NCBI GenBank assembly: GCA_030295235.1
Contig: AP026146.1
Span: 434,001-498,000, forward strand
Reading direction: 5' to 3'
DNA: 64,000 nucleotides
From: Fistulifera solaris
Lineage: Eukaryota
Every line of letters starts with the position of its first letter. Position 1 is the stretch's first letter. The notes under the pieces were generated by a model. The model was given only the letters and a program-made list of their open reading frames with translations. It searched no databases and had not been told where the DNA came from. A program made the translations under genes and the position numbers. Below are positions 60,234 to 64,000 of this stretch, piece after piece.

Positions 60234-61808
60234 CTATGTGTGCTTAATCAATCCTGAACGGAAACAAGCAACCCCATTTGCCTTTATCTGGTTGTTTGTT
60301 ATTACCGTCTTATGTCGAGCCACGCTTCCCAACGGCGGTAGCTCCAACTGATTTGAGCCATTTAATACGAGATCACTTGATTCCAAAGTCAAAATAGCAT
60401 TAGAGGGGGGATACCGCGGAAATTCCTGTGAGCGTGTTATCGCTAATCTTGCAATTTTTAACATGGGCTGTTCCTTGTTCGAGATAAAAACCAGAGTGGC
60501 CTCTGGCAACTCCTCCAACAATATTTCCAACTCCATTTCGGTAGATGTCGCTGTCTTCCACAACCGCGTGACTTCCTGGCCCGCCGACATACAATCCTGT
60601 TGCTGCACAATCTTGAATTGCACACTGCTTCATAACAACAGTTCCGCCGTCGATGTTGACAATTCCGCGACCGGACTGCGATGTCACGGATACTTGCTCC
60701 AGCATCACCGAAGGTCGAGCATACCGAGGGGTGAACTCATCACCAGGCGGCTGAATTTGCACGGCAGCGTTTCCATTCCATATATCGGTTCCTTCGCAAA
60801 ATGTGTGATATCAAGGCCCTTCAGTACCAGGTGACCTTGCTGGACGCGAAAGAGAGGTTCGTTGGATCTTCGCGTCCGGAATACGAGTATGGCACGCGAT
60901 GAAGCGATCGCCGACCGTTGCATCTGATAGTCACCGTCGTCGAGAAAGGACTCAGAGCTTTCTATCACATCGGTAAGATCCATGTGTGCACACGAAAAGA
61001 ACCGCCGTAATCCAGATCGTCGAATCTCGGGCTGGGAAATAACTTCTTGACGATAATGTGTGGTGGAACGAAAAACCCTATCAGGAAGAGAAATTGCTTC
61101 AACACTAATGCTGAAGTGTTTCTGCGATTGTATTTTCATGGATTCATGGATGTTGTAGACCCCAGGGCGAACAAGAATGCGAATTGGCCTTACTTGCTTT
61201 TGATTTTGTCGGCGCTTGCCCGGTTTCGCACTAGCAACTTGAAGCGCCTTAGGAATAGTTGAGTAGTCTGTTGGGACGCAAGGTGATCGCTGATATAACT
61301 CAAACCAGCTCGATGGCTCTTTGTCGCCGGGTTTCCACTGTGTCGAAGATCAAGGAAAAGTGAGACACCAGCTTTTGCCCTGTCCAATAAAAATTTCAAA
61401 ATATTCTCACCTTATACAACTCTTCACAAACAACCCGCCAGGTTTCCTCTTTTGAATTGTTTCATGGAAAAAACGGTTTGTTTTATTCAATCGCGACATC
61501 ATCTGTGGACCTGCGAACGCCAACACCTTTGGGATCAGATCCGTCGGACAGGACGATTGCAACCATTCGAGAACGTTCGAGGGAGCCTCCGACGACGGAT
61601 TAGGAAGCGCTTGTCTCGACAAAGGGGGTACCCATCGACGAACCTGACTCGAATTGCTGACGATCTTTCGAGAAGACTTGGAAAGCGGGCTGTTCTCGAT
61701 TTCAAGCGAAGATTCAGACTCGTCGGTGTATCGTCTCACGTGAGCCCATCGTTCTAAAGATTTCTGTCGCATCATAGCGACCGGGCGGCGCTGCGTGTCG
61801 CTTGCCAT
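60234..61808 (-). CDS. F-box-like plus right-handed beta-helix (pectin-lyase fold) protein; several frameshifts
   Basis: CPTDLIPKVLAFAGPQMMSRLNKTNRFF (F-box-like); VTSQSGRGIVNIDGG...IQDCAATGLYVGG...HSGFYLEQG...ISDNTLTGIS (parallel beta-helix repeats). Donor at ~61410; exon model approximate. Confidence 0.72.
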
Positions 61809-63180
61809 GTCTAGTTCGTTATGTGAATGAAGATAAGAAACTGAAAGGGTTGATATGAAATTGCTTTAACTGGATAGTTCGCTTCGGCAACCTTGTCAGA
61901 TTTCAGGCGACGCTGGCATTCAAGGATATCGTTGCAACGTATCGTAAAGGTACGAAGTGGGAATCTTGAGTGTTTTTAGTTGTAAAGAGATAAGACAAGC
62001 TATATAACCACCGCAAGGCCGTTCTCGGAACTCATCTGATGGCGGAATTTTGGAAGCATTGACAGGATCCGGCGGTGTGAGCAAATATTCGTTGAAAACT
62101 CTGCAGAGAGCGCGCTCTCCAAATTCCAAGAAGCGTGCGCGCTCGAAGGTCACACGTCACCTTTCGACAGATTTAGCCAGTGAAGTGTAGGAGGGAAGGA
62201 CGCTGGAATCCCGGAAGGTTTAAGTAAAAATTTGGCTATAATGTATTTTGTGTTTGTTGAATGGTTCCACTATGGACCCCGAGAAGTACGACTTGACACT
62301 CCGCTGAATAGTCTCAACTCTCAACGAGCTCTGACGCGAGTTGTACAATCACGGATGCAAGTCACGATCGATGTCACGGTTTTGTTACGTTTTTTCGAAA
62401 GAGCAATTTCTGCACACAAGCTGGGTACTCCGATCACTGTTGGCTCTTGCTTCTTGCAAAGCAAGTAATACCATTAAAACCAAGCATGAGTGATCCTTGG
62501 ATACTGAATTGTCCTTGTCTTGCTTAGGCTATAAAAGGATAGGTTGTCCCACCGCTTGCAATGATGATCTTTTTTTTACCTTAGGTTCTCGATGTGCCAA
62601 GGATCCAGAAACATGAAGGCTGCTGCTGCAGAAGAAAGTAAATACTTTGTGACAATTTGCCTGGAGAAGAATTATTTGTTTGGCGTAGAGAATTTACACA
62701 TAGCTACCTCTAGAACTGTTTCGTGAAACTAAACTTGCAATTGCTTGCGTTGCCTACCTTTTACATTGAAAGGAAATTCAACTTGTTTATGACTTGACTG
62801 AGAAACTTAAACGATTATTGGATTGGCAATATTCGTCCCCGCTAACTAGAAAAGAGACGACCTGAAAGTCGCGTTCTAACAAATTTCAATGTATTAGTCA
62901 TCCCTTAGGTCTCTATGAGATGTGTATTGAGTAACTATTATTGTTTCAATGCATCTTGAACGGACGCCAGCACGGCTCAAAAGAATAGATCTAGGGGTTT
63001 TATGGGTTAGCTCCAAGTTAACCTGGTCCTTAGTTTGTTACCTACCTGGTTTTGCAACAAATAGCAGAAAACGAAAAATGATGCGATGTGATCGACAAGA
63101 ATCCTTTTAAGAGACACCTTGCAACAAGCTAATTGATCACAATACATTTACTTTCCTAATCCGTACTCATCAAGGCGCAC

Positions 63181-63942
63181 ATGTCGAGTGGATATGAGCG
63201 AGACAAATCAAATCCGAGGACCGCAACAGGAAAAAATAACATTGAATACTTACTGGCAGCTGGTCTCGAAACATGGACCCATCAGGTTCTTTATTCACGC
63301 CGTGTGTATCCTAAAGCGACCTTTGGTAACGTGAGATTTGCAGGAATTCAATGTCACGTAAATCGACATCCGGACGTCGTTCAATACATTCAAGAAACCG
63401 TGAGCCTGGCTGCTCCAGCTATCATTCAGGGATCGGTCGATCAGGTATCTCTCATCATTACTTGTTATGAGAATTGGAGTCAAGAAGGCTTGGATGAGAC
63501 AGTGGAAGAATGCAAAAAGCTTGAAGAATGTCAGATTCGGTTTGGGAATATTCAGAAGGACCGTATTGAAAATTCTGCAGATAACGGTGATGCGGAATTG
63601 AAGCAGTGTTTTCGCGAACTAATCCTTCGTCTTGGGAGTCTTGAGAGCGTACCCTCAAAATTCCAGAATTCTCGAGGTCTGAGTTTTCGACTCGAACTAG
63701 GAATGTCGACCCAATTACCTGATTCTGTACCATCATCGCTGCTCACAGCCCTCTCCGAAGGGCGGTGCCTGGAAAGTTCCAACGATTGGGAAACAAGAGG
63801 CACTAGCAAGGCGGTGGTCGTCCGACCTCTTTGTCAAAGCAACATGTCCTTTGGCAAGGTTAACTTATTTCATCGGAGAATCCAACAAGGTCAAGCGACG
63901 CACGACCGACAAGCATTGTTGGGGAAGAACGCTTCAACATAG
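63181..63942 (+). CDS. HORMA-domain protein, REV7/MAD2L2-like
   Basis: LETWTHQVLYSRRVYPKATF...GIQCHVNRHPDVVQYI...LKQCFRELILRL...SFRLEL. Confidence 0.82.
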   Translation: MSSGYERDKSNPRTATGKNNIEYLLAAGLETWTHQVLYSRRVYPKATFGNVRFAGIQCHVNRHPDVVQYIQETVSLAAPAIIQGSVDQVSLIITCYENWSQEGLDETVEECKKLEECQIRFGNIQKDRIENSADNGDAELKQCFRELILRLGSLESVPSKFQNSRGLSFRLELGMSTQLPDSVPSSLLTALSEGRCLESSNDWETRGTSKAVVVRPLCQSNMSFGKVNLFHRRIQQGQATHDRQALLGKNAST

Positions 63943-64000
63943 TAAGAATTTTTCATATCGGAGAAATAGGTTTACGTCCTGGCGATAGCTGTTTTTCGTT

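Noticed and set aside
61900..63150. Long non-coding stretch (also 57300-58300, 36000-36700) as ncRNA or transposon
   Set aside because: No recognisable RNA structure, terminal repeats or coding motifs by eye.

Overview
Gene-dense eukaryotic nuclear DNA, most likely a diatom. The evidence is short (~70-145 nt) GT-AG introns, signal peptides followed by Phe on plastid proteins (aspartate kinase, sigma-70 factor, ABC-F), and families typically expanded in diatoms (HSF, COG3899-like AAA ATPase, secreted LRR). About 37 protein genes are supportable. They cover housekeeping (RPS15A, RPL17, ubiquitin-RPL40, SF3B5, DIM1), metabolism, transport and chromatin. Many genes carry single-base frameshifts, mostly in homopolymers, which are probably long-read assembly errors. 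The best candidate for a new system is a reconstructed 4-exon gene at 15677-19086 (-). It joins an aromatic-cage chromodomain and Cys/His zinc modules to a compact cellular-type RNA-dependent RNA polymerase (GDLDGD), which would put a histone-mark reader and an RNAi amplifier in one chain. Other notable items: a SAP30(Sin3-binding)-SGF29 Tudor fusion; a single-chain MPC1-MPC2 pyruvate carrier plus a divergent half-copy; a 21-bp palindrome (CATGACTG-N5-CAGTCGTG) seen about 12 times, always intergenic, with companion 9-mers; and a hairpin-bounded relic region at 48.4-49.9 kb containing a copied piece of the neighbouring gene. No rRNA, tRNA or CRISPR array was recognised. All family assignments are by eye, with no database search.
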